A stretch of 64,000 bases of DNA. It comes from Eledone cirrhosa (lineage: Eukaryota). Where the stretch lies: assembly GCA_964016885.1 (NCBI GenBank), contig OZ024750.1, positions 36,394,001-36,458,000 on the forward strand, given 5' to 3'. The notes under the pieces are model-generated. The model made no database searches. It had not been told where the DNA came from and saw only the letters and a list, made by a program, of their open reading frames with translations. The position numbers were made by a program, and so were the translations under genes. Below are positions 42,540 through 56,934 of the stretch, piece after piece (position 1 is the first letter of the stretch; each line of letters starts with the position of its first letter).

Positions 42540-43958
42540 GAATCAGTTATAACAAAATATTGGAGGATTAGTTGTAAGAAAATACAGGAGGATCAGTTAT
42601 AAGAAAATACAGGAGGATAAGTTATAAGAAAATATTGGAGGATCAGTTATAAGAAAATATTGGAGGATCAGTTATGAGAAGATATTGGAGGATAAGTTAT
42701 AAGAAAATATTGGAGGATCAGTTATAAGAAAATATTGGAGGATCAGTTATAAGAAGATACAGGAGGATCAGTTATAAGAAAATATTGGAGGATCAGTTAT
42801 AAGAAAATACAGGAGGATAAGTTATAAGAAGATACAGGAGGATCAGTTATAAGAAAATACAGGAGGATAAGTTATAAGAAAATACAGGAGGATCAGTTAT
42901 AAGAAAATATTGGAGGATCAGTTATAAAAAAATATTGGAGGATCAGTTATAAGAAAATATTGGAGGATAAGTTATAAGAAAATATTGGAGGATCAGTTAT
43001 AAGAAAATATTGGAGGATCAGTTATAAGAAAATATTGGAGGATCAGTTATAAGAAAATATTGGAGGATCAGTTATAAGAAAATAAAGGAGGATAAGTTAC
43101 AAGAAAATACAGGAGGATAAGTTATAAGAAAATACAGGAGGATAAGTTATAAGAAAATATTGAAGGATCAGTTATAAGAAAATATTGGAGGATCAGTTAT
43201 AAGAAAATATTGGAGGATCAGTTATAAGAAGATACAGGAGGATCAGTTATAAGAAAATACAGGAGGATAAGTTATGAGAAAATATTGGAGGATCAGTTAT
43301 AAGAAGATATTGGAGGATCAGTTATAAGAAAATATTGGAGGATCAGTTATAAGAAAATATTGGAGGATCAGTTATAAGAAAATGTTGGAGGATCAGTTAT
43401 AAGAAAATATTGGAGGATCAGTTATGAGAAAATACAGGAGGATAAGTTATAAGAAAATACAGGAGGATAAGTTATGAGAAAATACAGGAGGATAAGTTAT
43501 AAGAAAATATTGAAGGATCAGTTATAAGAAAATATTGGAGGATCAGTTATAAGAAAATATTGGAGGATCAGTTATAAGAAGATACAGGAAGATCAGTTAT
43601 AAGAAAATACAGGAGGATAAGTTATAAGAAAATATTGGAGGATCAGTTATAAGAAAATATTGGAGGATCAGTTATAAGAAAATATTGGAGGATCAGTTAT
43701 AAGAAGATATTGGAGGATCAGTTATAAGAAAATATTGGAGGATCAGTTATAAGAAGATATTGGAGGATCAGTTATGAGAAAATATTGGAGGATAAGTTAT
43801 AAGAAAATATTGGAGGATCAGTTATAAGAAAATGTTGGAGGATCAGTTATAAGAAAATATTGGAGGATCAGTTATAAGAAGATATTGGAGGATCAGTTAT
43901 AAGAAAATATTGGAGGATCAGTTATAAGAAAATATTGGAGGATCAGTTATAAGAAGAT
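42540..43958. repeat. 25-bp minisatellite (GGAGGATCAGTTATAAGAAAATATT), ~55 copies
   Basis: Direct reading; two variants (ATATT and ATACA). Confidence 0.97.
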
Positions 43959-44003
43959 CCTGAACACAGTAATTACTGTTCATGATTTTCAGACAATTCT
44001 AAC

Positions 44004-47000
44004 ATGTTGACTGTCATGTATATTTTACACAGATACAGTTGCTGTGTTGACTGTCATGTATATGTTACACAGCTACTGTTGCTGTGTTGACTGTCATGTA
44101 TATTTTACACAGCTACAGTTGCTGTGTTGACTGTCATGTATATTTTACACAGCTACTGTTGCTGTGTTGACTGTCATGTATATTTTACACAGCTACTCTT
44201 GCTGTGTTGACTGTCATGTATATTTTACACAGCTACTCTTTCTGTGTTGACTGTCATGTATATTTTACACAGCTACTGTTGCTGTGTTGACTGTCATGTA
44301 TATTTTACACAGCTACAGTTGCTGTGTTGACTGCTATGTATATTTTACACAGCTACTGTTGCTGTGTTGACTGCCATGTATATTTTACACAGCTACTGTT
44401 GCTGTGTTGACTGTCATGTATATTTTACACAGCTACTGTTGCTGTGTAGACTGCTGTGTATATTTCACACAGCTACAGTTGCTGTGTTGACTGCTGTGTA
44501 TATTTTACACAGCTACTGTTGCTGTGTTGACTGCCATGTATATTTTACACAGCTACAGTTGCTGTGTTGACTGTCATGTATATTTTACACAGCTACTGTT
44601 GCTGTGTTGACTGTCATGTATATTTTACACATCTACTGTTGCTGTGTTGACTGCTGTGTATATTTTACACAGCTACTGTTGCTGTGTTGACTGCTGTGTA
44701 TATTTTACACAGCTACTGTTGCTGTGTTGACTGCTGTGTATATTTTACACAGCTACTGTTGCTGTGTTGACTGCTGTGTATATTTAACACAGCTACAGTT
44801 GCTGTGTTGACTGCTGTGTATATTTTACACAGCTACAGCTGCTGTGTTGACTGCTATGTATATTTTACACAGCTACAGTTGTTGTGTTGACTGCAGTGTA
44901 TATTTTACACAGCTACAGTTGCTGTGTTGACTGTCATGTATATTTTACACAGCTACTGTTGCTGTGTTGACTGCTGTGTATATTTTACACAGCTACTGTT
45001 GCTGTGTTGACTGCTGTGTATATTTTACACAGCTACTGTTGCTGTGTTGACTGCTGTGTATATTTTACACAGCTACAGTTGCTGTGTTGACTGCTATGTA
45101 TGTTTTACACATCTACTGTTGCTGTGTTGACTCCCATGTATATTTTACACGGCTACAGTTGCTGTGTTGACTGCCGTGTATATTTTACACAGCTACTGTT
45201 GCTGTGTTGACTGTTATGTATATTTTACACAGCTACAGTTGCTGTGTTGACTGCTATGTATATTTTACACAGCTACAGTTGCTGTGTTGACTGCTATGTA
45301 TATTTTACACAGCTACAGTTGCTGTGTTGACTGCCATGTATATTTTACACAGCTACTGTTGCTGTGTTGACTGCTGTGTATATTTTACACAGCTACTGTT
45401 GCTGTGTTGACTGCTGTGTATATTTTACACAGCTACTGTTGCTGTGTTGACTGCCATGTATATTTTACACATCTACAGTTGCTGTGTTGACTGCTGTGTA
45501 TATTTTACACAGCTACAGTTGCTGTGTTGACTGCTATGTATATTTTACACAGCTACAGTTGATGTGTTGACTGTAGTGTATATTTTACACAGCTACAGTT
45601 GCTGTGTTGACTGCCATGTATATTTTACACATCTACTGTTGCTGTGTTGACTGCTGTGTATATTTTACACAGCTACTATTGCTGTGTCGACAACCATTTA
45701 TATTTTACACAACTACAGTTGCTGTGTGGACTGCTGTGTATATTTTACACAGCTACAGTTGCTGTATTGACTGCTGTGTACATTTTACACAGCTACTGTT
45801 GCTGTGTTGACTGCCATGTATATTTTACACAGCTACTGTTTCTGTGTTGACTTCCATGTATATGTTACACAGCTACTGTTGCTGTGTTGACTGCCATGTA
45901 TATTTTACACAGCTACTGTTGCTGTGTTGACTGTCATGTATATTTTACACAGCTACAGTTACTGTGTTGACTGCTGTGTATATTTTACACAACTACAGTT
46001 GCTGTGTTGACTTCCATGTATATGTTACACAGCTACTGTTGCTGTGTTGACTGCCATGTATATTTTACACAGCTAATGTTAGTGTGTTGACTGCCATGTA
46101 TATGTTACACAGCTACTGTTGCTGTGTTGACTTCCATGTATATTTTGCACAGCTACAGTTGCTGTGTTGACTGTCATGTATATCTTACACAGCTACAGTT
46201 ACTGTGTTGACTGCTGTGTATATTTTACACAACTACAGTTGCTGTGTTGACTGCTGTGTAAATTTTACACATGTACTGTTCCTGTGTTGACTCCATGTAT
46301 ATTTTACACAGCTACTGTTGCTGTGTTGACTGCTGTGTATATTTTACACAGCTACTGTTGCTGTGTTGACTGCTGTGTATATTTTACACAGCTACTGTTG
46401 CTGTGTTGACTGCTGTGTATATTTTACACATCTACAGTTGCTGTGTTGACTGCTATGTATGTTTTACACATCTACTGTTGCTGTGTTGACTCCCATGTAT
46501 ATTTTACACGGCCACAGTTGCTGTGTTGACTCCCATGTATATTTTACACAGCTACTGTTGCTGTGTTGACTGTCATGTATATTTTACACATCTACAGTTG
46601 CTGTGTTGACTGCTATGTATATTTTACACAGCTACAGTTGCTGTGTTGACTGCCATGTATATTTTACACAGCTACTGTTGCTGTGTTGACTGCTGTGTAT
46701 ATTTTACACAGCTACTGTTGCTGTGTTGACTGCTGTGTATATTTTACACAGCTACTGTTGCTGTGTTGACTGCTGTGTATATTTAACACAGCTACAGTTG
46801 CTGTGTTGACTGCTGTGTATATTTTACACAGCTACAGCTGCTGTGTTGACTGCTATGTATATTTAACACAGCTACAGTTGCTGTGTTGACTGCTGTGTAT
46901 ATTTTACACAGCTACAGCTGCTGTGTTGACTGCCATGTATATTTTACACAGCTACTGTTGCTGTGTTGACTGCTGTGTATATTTTACACAGCTACTGTTG

Positions 47001-50000
47001 CTGTGTTTACTGCTGTGTATATTTTACACAGCTACTGTTGCTGTGTTGACTGCTGTGTATATTTTACACAGCTACAGTTGCTGTGTTGACTGCTATGTAT
47101 GTTTTACACATCTACTGTTGCTGTGTTGACTCCCATGTATATTTTACACGGCTATAGTTGCTGTGTTGACTGCCATGTATATTTTACACAGCTACTGTTG
47201 CTGTGTTGACTGTTATGTATATTTTACACAGCTACAGTTGCTGTGTTGACTGCTATGTATATTTTACACAGCTACAGTTGCTGTGTTGACTGCTATGTAT
47301 ATTTTACACAGCTACAGTTGCTGTGTTGACTGCCATGTATATTTTACACAGCTACTGTTGCTGTGTTGACTGCTGTGTATATTTTACACAGCTACTGTTG
47401 CTGTGTTGACTGCTGTGTATATTTTACACAGCTACTGTTGCTGTATTGACTGCCATGTATATTTTACACATCTACAGTTGCTGTGTTGACTGCTGTGTAT
47501 ATTTTACACAGCTACAGTTGCTGTGTTGACTGCTATGTATATTTTACACAGCTACAGTTGCTGTGTTGACTGTAGTGTATATTTTACACAGCTACAGTTG
47601 CTGTGTTGACTGCCATATATATTTTACACATCTACAGTTGCTGTGTTGACTGCTGTGTATATTTTACACAGCTACAGTTGCTGTGTTGACTGCTATGTAT
47701 ATTTTACACAGCTACTGTTGCTGTGTTGACTGTCATGTATATTTTACACAACTACAGTTGCTGTGTATATTTTACACAGCTACAGTTGCTGTGTTGACTG
47801 CTATGTATATTTTACACATCTACAGTTGCTGTGTTGACTGCTGTGTATATTTTACACAGCTACAGTTGCTGTGTTGACTGCCATGTTTATTTTACACAGC
47901 TACTGTTGCTGTGTTGACTATTGTGTATATTTTACACAGCTACAGTTGCTGTGTTGACTGTAGTGTATATTTTACACAACTAGAGTTGCTGTGTTGACTG
48001 CTGTGTATATTTTACACATCTACTGTTGCTGTGTTGACTGCCATGTATATTTTACACAGCTACAGTTACTGTGTTGACTGCCATGTATATTTTACACAGC
48101 TACTGTTGCTGTGTTGACTGCTGTGTATATTTTACACAGCTACTATTGCTGTGTCGACAACCATTTATATTTTACACAACTACAGTTGCTGTGTGGACTG
48201 CTGTGTATATTTTACACAGCTACAGTTGCTGTATTGACTGCTGTGTACATTTTACACAGCTACTGTTGCTGTGTTGACTGCCATGTATATTTTACACAGC
48301 TACTGTTTCTGTGTTGACTTCCATGTATATGTTACACAGCTACTGTTGCTGTGTTGACTGCCATGTATATTTTACACAGCTACTGTTGCTGTGTTGACTG
48401 TCATGTATATTTTACACAGCTACAGTTACTGTGTTGACTGCTGTGTATATTTTACACAACTACAGTTGCTGTGTTGACTTCCATGTATATGTTACACAGC
48501 TACTGTTGCTGTGTTGACTGCCATGTATATTTTACACAGCTAATGTTAGTGTGTTGACTGCCATGTATATGTTACACAGCTACTGTTGCTGTGTTGACTT
48601 CCATGTATATTTTGCACAGCTACAGTTGCTGTGTTGACTGTCATGTATATCTTACACAGCTACAGTTACTGTGTTGACTGCTGTGTATATTTTACACAAC
48701 TACAGTTGCTGTGTTGACTGCTGTGTATATTTTACACATGTACTGTTCCTGTGTTGACTCCATGTATATTTTACACAGCTACTGTTGCTGTGTTGACTGC
48801 TGTGTATATTTTACACAGCTACTGTTGCTGTGTTGACTGCTGTGTATATTTTACACAGCTACTGTTGCTGTGTTGACTGCTGTGTATATTTTACACATCT
48901 ACAGTTGCTGTGTTGACTGCTATGTATGTTTTACACATCTACTGTTGCTGTGTTGACTCCCATGTATATTTTACACGGCCACAGTTGCTGTGTTGACTGT
49001 CATGTATATTTTACACATCTACAGTTGCTGTGTTGACTGCTATGTATATTTTACACAGCTACAGTTGCTGTGTTGACTGCCATGTATATTTTACACAGCT
49101 ACTGTTGCTGTGTTGACTGCTGTGTATATGTTACACAGCTACTGTTGCTGTGTTGACTGCTGTGTATATTTTACACAGCTACTGTTGCTGTGTTGACTGC
49201 CATGTATATTTTACACTGCTACTGTTGCTGTGTTGACTGTCATGTATATTTTACACAACTACAGTTGCTGTGTTGACTGCTGTGTATATTTTACACAGCT
49301 ACAGTTGCTGTGTTGACTGCTATGTATATTTTACACAGCTACAGTTGCTGTGTTGACTGTAGTGTATATTTTACACAACTAGAGTTGCTGTGTTGACTGC
49401 TGTGTATATTTTACACATCTACTGTTGCTGTGTTGACTGCCATGTATATTTTACACAGCTACAGTTGCTGTGTTGACTGCCATGTATATTTTACACAGCT
49501 ACTGTTGCTGTGTTGACTATTGTGTATATTTTACACAGCTACAGTTGCTGTGTTGACTGTAGTGTATATTTTACACAACTAGAGTTGCTGTGTTGACTGC
49601 TGTCTATATTTTACACATCTACTGTTGCTGTGTTGACTGCCATGTATATTTTACACAGCTACAGTTACTGTGTTGACTGCCATGTATATTTTACACAGCT
49701 ACTGTTGCTGTGTTGACTGCTGTGTATATTTTACACAGCTACTATTGCTGTGTCGACAACCATGTATATTTTACACAACTACAGTTGCTGTGTTGACTGC
49801 TGTGTATATTTTACACAGCTACAGTTGCTGTATTGACTGCTGTGTATATTTTACACAGCTACTGTTGCTGTGTTGACTGCCATGTATATTTTACACAGCT
49901 ACTGTTTCTGTGTTGACTTCCATGTATATGTTACACAGCTACTGTTGCTGTGTTGACTGCCATGTATATTCTACACAGCTACTGTTGCTGTGTTGACTGT

Positions 50001-50635
50001 CATGTATATTTTACACAGCTACAGTTACTGTGTTGACTGCTGTGTATATTTTACACAACTACAGTTGCTGTGTTGACTTCCATGTATATGTTACACAGCT
50101 ACTGTTGCTGTGTTGACTGCCATGTATATTTTACACAGCTAATGTTAGTGTGTTGACTGCCATGTATATGTTACACAGCTACTGTTGCTGTGTTGACTTC
50201 CATGTATATTTTGCACAGCTACAGTTGCTGTGTTGACTGTCATGTATATCTTACACAGCTACAGTTACTGTGTTGACTGCTGTGTATATTTTACACAACT
50301 ACAGTTGCTGTGTTGACTGCTGTGTATATTTTACACATGTACTGTTGCTGTGTTGACTGCCATGTAGATTTTACACAGCTACAGTTGCTGTGTTGATTGC
50401 CATGTATATTTTACACAGCTACTGTTGCTGTGTTGACTTCCATGTATATTTTACACAGCTACTGTTGCTGTGTTGACTGTTGTGTATATTTTACACAGCT
50501 ACTGTTGCCGTGTTGACTGCCGTGTATGTTTTACACAGCTACTGTTGCTGTGTTGACTGCCATGTACGTTTTACACAGCTACTGTTGCTGTGTTGACTGC
50601 CATGTATATTTTACACAGCTACTGTTGCTGTGTTG
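44004..50635. repeat. 40-bp minisatellite (TGTTGACTGCCATGTATATTTTACACAGCTACTGTTGCTG), ~165 copies, with higher-order blocks
   Basis: Direct reading; variant units recur at 2467-bp and ~1600-bp spacing. Confidence 0.98.
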
Positions 50636-50717
50636 GGGTTATTTAAACAAACATTTATTAACAACACATATCTGAATGATTGACAAACATCACATCAATA
50701 AACTAGTAACTCCATCT

Positions 50718-50970
50718 AGCTATAATCACACATACACACCTGCTGTAATCACACATACACACCTGCTATAATCACACATACACACCTGCTATAATCACAC
50801 ATACACACCGGCTATAATCCCACATACACACCGCCTATAATCACATATACACATCTGCTACAGCCTTACACACCTACCACCTTACACACCTGCTACCACC
50901 TTACACACCTACAGCCATACATACCTGTTACAGCTTCACATACCTGTTACAGCTTCACATACCTGCCACA
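50718..50970. repeat. 23-bp minisatellite (CTATAATCACACATACACACCTG) decaying rightwards
   Basis: Direct reading. Confidence 0.85.
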
Positions 50971-51022
50971 GCAAGAGGAAGGAGTAATTACACAGTCAAC
51001 CAATCACAATATTATCAGTTAA

Positions 51023-51222
51023 TTCTGTAGCATTTAAACCGGTCATAACCGGCCTCATTTCTCTCCCCTCTTTATATTCAAACCAGTTGTAACTTGCCAC
51101 TCATACCTATATTGACGTATTGTTCTCACAATAAATACCAAAATCTCATAGATTCGATATTATGTGAGGTAAAGCCTTTACTATGAAAATAGTAAATATA
51201 CCGTAATGTAGATGCTAAAGGA
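51023..51222. mobile_element. piggyBac-like MITE (degenerate copy)
   Basis: TTAA on both sides; internal sequence shared with 58529-58714. Confidence 0.6.
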
Positions 51223-51385
51223 TTAAATGCAATGAGCTTTATGATCTTGATATTGATCGAGAACTGCAAAAAACCAGGGAGTCAAAGAAAGTGGTTTTAT
51301 GCAGTTGCTTACTTTGCTAAAAATAACAATGAAATATCCCTCAAATAACACCCTATCATCTTAAATAAACTGACTATAAAAGCAT

Positions 51386-51917
51386 TAGAGTAGCACCCCA
51401 ACCACTGGCTGTACCAGTGGCACCCCAATGTCTGGCTGTACCAGTGGCACATCTAGAGTGAAACCCCAATGACTGGCTGTACCAGTGGCACATCTATAGT
51501 GGCACCCCAATGACTGACTGCACCAGTGGCACCCCAACAACTGGCTGCACCAGTGACACCCCAATGACTGGCTGTACCAGTGGCACATCTAGAGTGGCAC
51601 CCCAAATGACGGACTGCACCAGTGGCACCCCAATGACTGGCTGTACCAGTGGCACATCTAGAGTGGCACTCCAATGACTGACTGCACCAGTGGCACCCCA
51701 ATGACTGGCTGTACCAGTGGCACATCTAGAGTGGCACCCCAATAACTGACTGCACCAGTGGCACCCAACAACTGGCTGCACCAGTGACACCCCAATGACT
51801 GGCTGTACCAGTGGCACATCTAGAGTGGCACCCCAATAACTGACTGCACCAGTGGCACCCAACAACTGGCTGCACCAGTGACACCCCAATGACTGACTGC
51901 ACCAGTGGCACCCCAAT
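51386..51917. repeat. GC-rich composite minisatellite (27-bp and 14-bp modules)
   Basis: GTGGCACCCCAATGACTGGCTGTACCA alternating with GTGGCACATCTAGA. Confidence 0.92.
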
Positions 51918-52269
51918 TTCTTGCAACACCAATTGAAGGAACATGATTGGTTGTTCTTAAATGAAAAAGTCTACACTGGGAAATGTATCCCCAATTGATA
52001 TACACCCTAATAAGAGGATCATAGCTGAAATGCCTTAGATGGTATGACTACTCGATCTTGGTGACCATATATCTGGGAAGGACATTCACATTGAATAATC
52101 TGGAAGGGCCTGACTGAGCTGAGATACTCTGATTTTCTGTCTCTTAAGAAACAGTAAAATAAAAACTGAACATGATAACTATGTTGTTAAATTTAATTGG
52201 TTGACAGTTTATTATATTAAATGCATCATCTTATTCTTTGTTGTCTGGTGCAAATCGTGGACTACAGCC

Positions 52270-55200
52270 TTACCTTGTGTTACCACCCTAGATATCTCAC
52301 CTGATTGTGTCACCACCCTACATATCTCACCTGATTGTGTTGCCACCCTAGATATCTCACCTCATTGTGTCACCACCCTAGATATCTTACTTGATTGTGT
52401 CACCACCCTAGATATCTCACCTGATTGTGTCACCACCCTAGATATCTCACCTGATTGTGTCACAACCCTAGATATCTCACCTCATTGTGTCACCACCCTA
52501 GATATCTTACCTGATTGTGTCACCACCCTAGATATCTTACCTGATTGTGTCACCACCCTAGATATCTCACCTTATTGTGTCACCACCCTAGATATCTTAC
52601 CTGATTGTGTCACCACCCTAGATATCTTACCACATTGTGTCACCACCCTAGATATCTCACCTGATTGTGTCACCACCCTAGATATCTCACCTCATTGTGT
52701 CACCACCCTAGATATCTCACCTGATTGTGTCACCACCCTAGATATCTTACCTGATTGTGTCACCACCCTAGATATCTCAACTGATTGTGTCACCACCCTA
52801 GATATCTCACCTCATTGTGTCACCACCCTAGATATCTCACCTGATTGTGTCACCACCCTAGATATCTTACTTGATTGTGTCACCACCCTAGATATCTCAC
52901 CTGATTGTGTCACCACCCTAGATATCTCACCTGATTGTGTCACAACCCTAGATATCTCACCTCATTGTGTCACCACCCTAGATATCTCACCTCATTGTGT
53001 CACCACCCTAGATATCTCACCTGATTGTGTCACCACCCTAGATATCTTACCTGATTGTGTCACCACCCTAGATATCTCACCTGATTGTGTCACCACCCTA
53101 CATATCTCACCTGATTGTGTTGCCACCCTAGATATCTCACCTCATTGTGTCACCACCCTAGATATCTTACTTGATTGTGTCACCACCCTAGATATCTCAC
53201 CTGATTGTGTCACCACCCTAGATATCTCACCTGATTGTGTCACAACCCTAGATATCTCACCTCATTGTGTCACCACCCTAGATATCTTACCTGATTGTGT
53301 CACCACCCTAGATATCTTACCTGATTGTGTCACCACCCTAGATATCTCACGTTATTGTGTCACCACCCTAGTTATCTTACCTGATTGTGTCACCACCCTA
53401 GATATCTTACCACATTGTGTCACCACCCTAGATATCTCACCTGATTGTGTCACCACCCTAGATATCTCACCTCATTGTGTCACCACCCTAGATATCTCAC
53501 CTGATTGTGTCACCACCCTAGATATCTTACCTGATTGTGTCACCACCCTAGATATCTCAACTGATTGTGTCACCACCCTAGATATCTCACCTCATTGTGT
53601 CACCACCCTAGATATCTCACCTGATTGTGTCACCACCCTAGATATCTTACTTGATTGTGTCACCACCCTAGATATCTCACCTGATTGTGTCACCACCCTA
53701 GATATCTCACCTGATTGTGTCACAACCCTAGATATCTCGCCTCATTGTGTCACCACCCTAGATATCTTACCTGATTGTGTCACCACCCTAGATATCTTAC
53801 CTGATTGTGTCACCACCCTAGATATCTCACCTTATTGTGTCACCACCCTAGATATCTTACCTGATTGTGTCACCACCCTAGATATCTTACCACATTGTGT
53901 CACCACCCTAGATATCTCACCTGATTGTGTCACCACCCTAGATATCTCACCTCATTGTGTCACCACCCTAGATATCTCACCTGATTGTGTCACCACCCTA
54001 GATATCTTACCTGATTGTGTCACCACCCTAGATATCTCAACTGATTGTGTCACCACCCTAGATATCTCACCTCATTGTGTCACCACCCTAGATATCTCAC
54101 CTGATTGAGTCACAACCCTAGATATCTTACCTGATTGTGTCACCACCCTAGATATCTCACCTCATTGTGTCACCACCCTAGATATCTCACCTCATTGTGT
54201 CACCACCCTAGATATCTCACCTCATTGTGTCACCACCCTAGATATCTTACCTGATTGTGTCACCACCCTAGATATCTCACCTGATTGTGTCACAACCCTA
54301 GATATCTCACCTGATTGTGTCACAACCCTAGATATCTCACCTGATTGTGTCACAACCCTAGATATCTTACCTGAGTGTGTCACCACCCTAGATATCTCAC
54401 CTGATTGTGTCACCACCCTAGATATCTCACCTGATTGTTTCACAACCCTAGATATCTCACCTGATTGTGTCACAACCCTAGATATCTCACCTGATTGTGT
54501 CAGCACTCTAGATATCTCACCTGATTGTGTCACCACTCTAGATATCTCACATCATTGTGTCACCACCCTAGATATCTTACTTGATTGTGTCACCACCCTA
54601 GATATCTCACCTGATTGTGTCACCACCCTAGATATCTCACCTGATTGTGTCACAACCCTAGATATCTCACCTCATTGTGTCACCACCCTAGATATCTTAC
54701 CTGATTGTGTCACCACCCTAGATATCTTACCTGATTGTGTCACCACCCTAGATATCTCACCTGATTGTGTCACCACCCTAGATATCTTACCTGATTGTGT
54801 CACCACCCTAGATATCATACCACATTGTGTCACCACCCTAGATATCTCACCTGATTGTGTCACCACCCTAGATATCTCACCTCATTGTGTCACCACCCTA
54901 GATATCTCACCTGATTGTGTCACCACCCTAGATATCTTACCTGATTGTGTCACCACCCTAGATATCTCACCTGATTGTGTCACCACCCTAGATATCTCAC
55001 CTCATTGTGTCACCACCCTAGATATCTCACCTCATTGTGTCACAACCCTAGATATCTTACCTGATTGTTTCACCACCCTAGATATCTCACCTCATTGTGT
55101 CACCACCCTAGATATCTCACCTCATTGTGTCACCACCCTAGATATCTCACCTGATTGTGTCACCACCCTAGATATCTTACCTGATTGTGTCACCACCCTA

Positions 55201-56106
55201 GATATCTCACCTGATTGTGTCACAACCCTAGATATCTCACCTGATTGTGTCACAACCCTAGATATCTCACCTGATTGTGTCAGCACTCTAGATATCTCAC
55301 CTGATTGTGTCACCACTCTAGATATCTCACCTGATTGTGTCACAACCCTAGATATCTCACCTGATTGTGTCACCACCCTAGATATCTCACCTGATTGTGT
55401 CACCACCCTAGATATCTCACCTGATTGTGTCACAACCCTAGATATCTCACCTGATTGTGTCAGCACTCTAGATATCTCACCTGATTGTGTCACCACTCTA
55501 GATATCTCACCTGATTGTGTCACAACCCTAGATATCTTACCTGATTGTGTCACCACCCTAGATATCTTACCACATTGTGTCACCACCCTAGATATCTCAC
55601 CTGATTGTGTCACAACCCTAGATATTTCACCTGATTGTGTCAGCACTCTAGATATCTCACCTGATTGTGTCACCACTCTAGATATCTCACCTGATTGTGT
55701 CACAACCCTAGATATCTCACCTGATTGTGTCACAACCCTAGATATCTTACCTGATTGTGTCACCACTCTAGATATCTCACCTGATTGTGTCACAACCCTA
55801 GATATCTCACCTGATTGTGTCACCACTCTAGATATCTCACCTGATTGTGTCACAACCCTAGATATCTCACCTGATTGTGTCACCACTCTAGATATCTCAC
55901 CTGATTGTGTCACAACCCTAGATATCTCACCTGATTGTGTCACAACCCTAGATATCTCACCTGATTGTGTCACAACCCTAGATATCTCACCTCATTGTGT
56001 CACCACCCTAGATATCTCACCTCATTGTGTCACCACCCTAGATATCTCACCTCATTGTGTCACAACCCTAGATATCTCACCACATTCTGTCACTTCCCTA
56101 GATATA
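52270..56106. repeat. 30-bp minisatellite (GATTGTGTCACCACCCTAGATATCTCACCT), ~128 copies
   Basis: Stays in register with the 60-base lines throughout, so no indels; 780-bp and 480-bp higher-order blocks. Confidence 0.98.
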
Positions 56107-56251
56107 TCAGGCTGGTGCTTATTGTTATCAATCTCAAGTTTTTTCAACCACAGGATATAAATGAATACAACATAAACACATATATAGATATATACATGCG
56201 TACATACACAGACAGATGGATACATGTTTACATGTTGATTGCTACTTCTTG

Positions 56252-56705
56252 TCAGAAGAGCGCCATCCCTTCATTGAACATTGCACGATCATGTGCATGC
56301 AGATGACTTTTCAGACCCACTTTTGTTTTGCAGACATGTTCACAGATGTGACACTTGAACTGTCTCTCTCCTCGTAAAACTGGCTGGGGGTGTGTTTTCA
56401 TGCATTTTACCATGTCTGGTCAGTCCACCCGCTGATTTACAAATTAAGCCACACTCACTGCAAATGTACTGTGGGATGTGTGGCAGTAGAACCATCTCAC
56501 AGTTGGCTTAATCTCTCCCTGCCTGGCTCATGTGATTTCAGATGTTTAGCAAAAGCAGCTCTTGTTAGAAGAAATTGGTCACATACATTGCACCTCAAAT
56601 CTTGCTGAATTTTTGCAGGCATTGCACTTGAGTCCTGCTTACGAAGTGAACACTTCAAAACCACATGCTGCACTTACTTTTTCTCAAAGACATCATAAGT
56701 TTACA
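56252..56705 (-). pseudogene. Frameshifted segment with three C2H2 zinc fingers, probably an RTE (BovB-like) LINE C-terminus
   Basis: Hand translation: LRCNVCDQFLLTRAAFAKHLKSH, YICSECGLICKSAGGLTRHGKMH, FKCHICEHVCKTKVGLKSHLHAH, preceded by FEKK*VQHVVLKCSLRK. Confidence 0.75.
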
Positions 56706-56803
56706 TAAAAACGTACATAGATGCATACATAAACACATATACAGATGGACACATACATACATAAATATAGGTATATAGATACACTCATTCATACATAAAT
56801 ATA

Positions 56804-56850
56804 GGTGACCGTCTAACCCATGCTAGCATGGAAAATGGACGTTAAACGAA

Positions 56851-56886
<36 letters not shown>
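56804..56886 (+). mobile_element. Very short RTE 3' end with (GAT)n
   Basis: CTAACCCATGCTAGCATGGAAAATGGACGTTAAACG followed by a (GAT)n tail; ATAGGT on both sides. Confidence 0.7.
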
Positions 56887-56934
56887 AGGTATATAGATTC
56901 TCTCATTCATACATAAATATAGGTATAGATATTG

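Noticed and set aside
44364-49876. Repeated Cys-rich 68-aa ORFs
   Set aside because: Chance read-through of the 40-bp unit where a variant removes the TGA.
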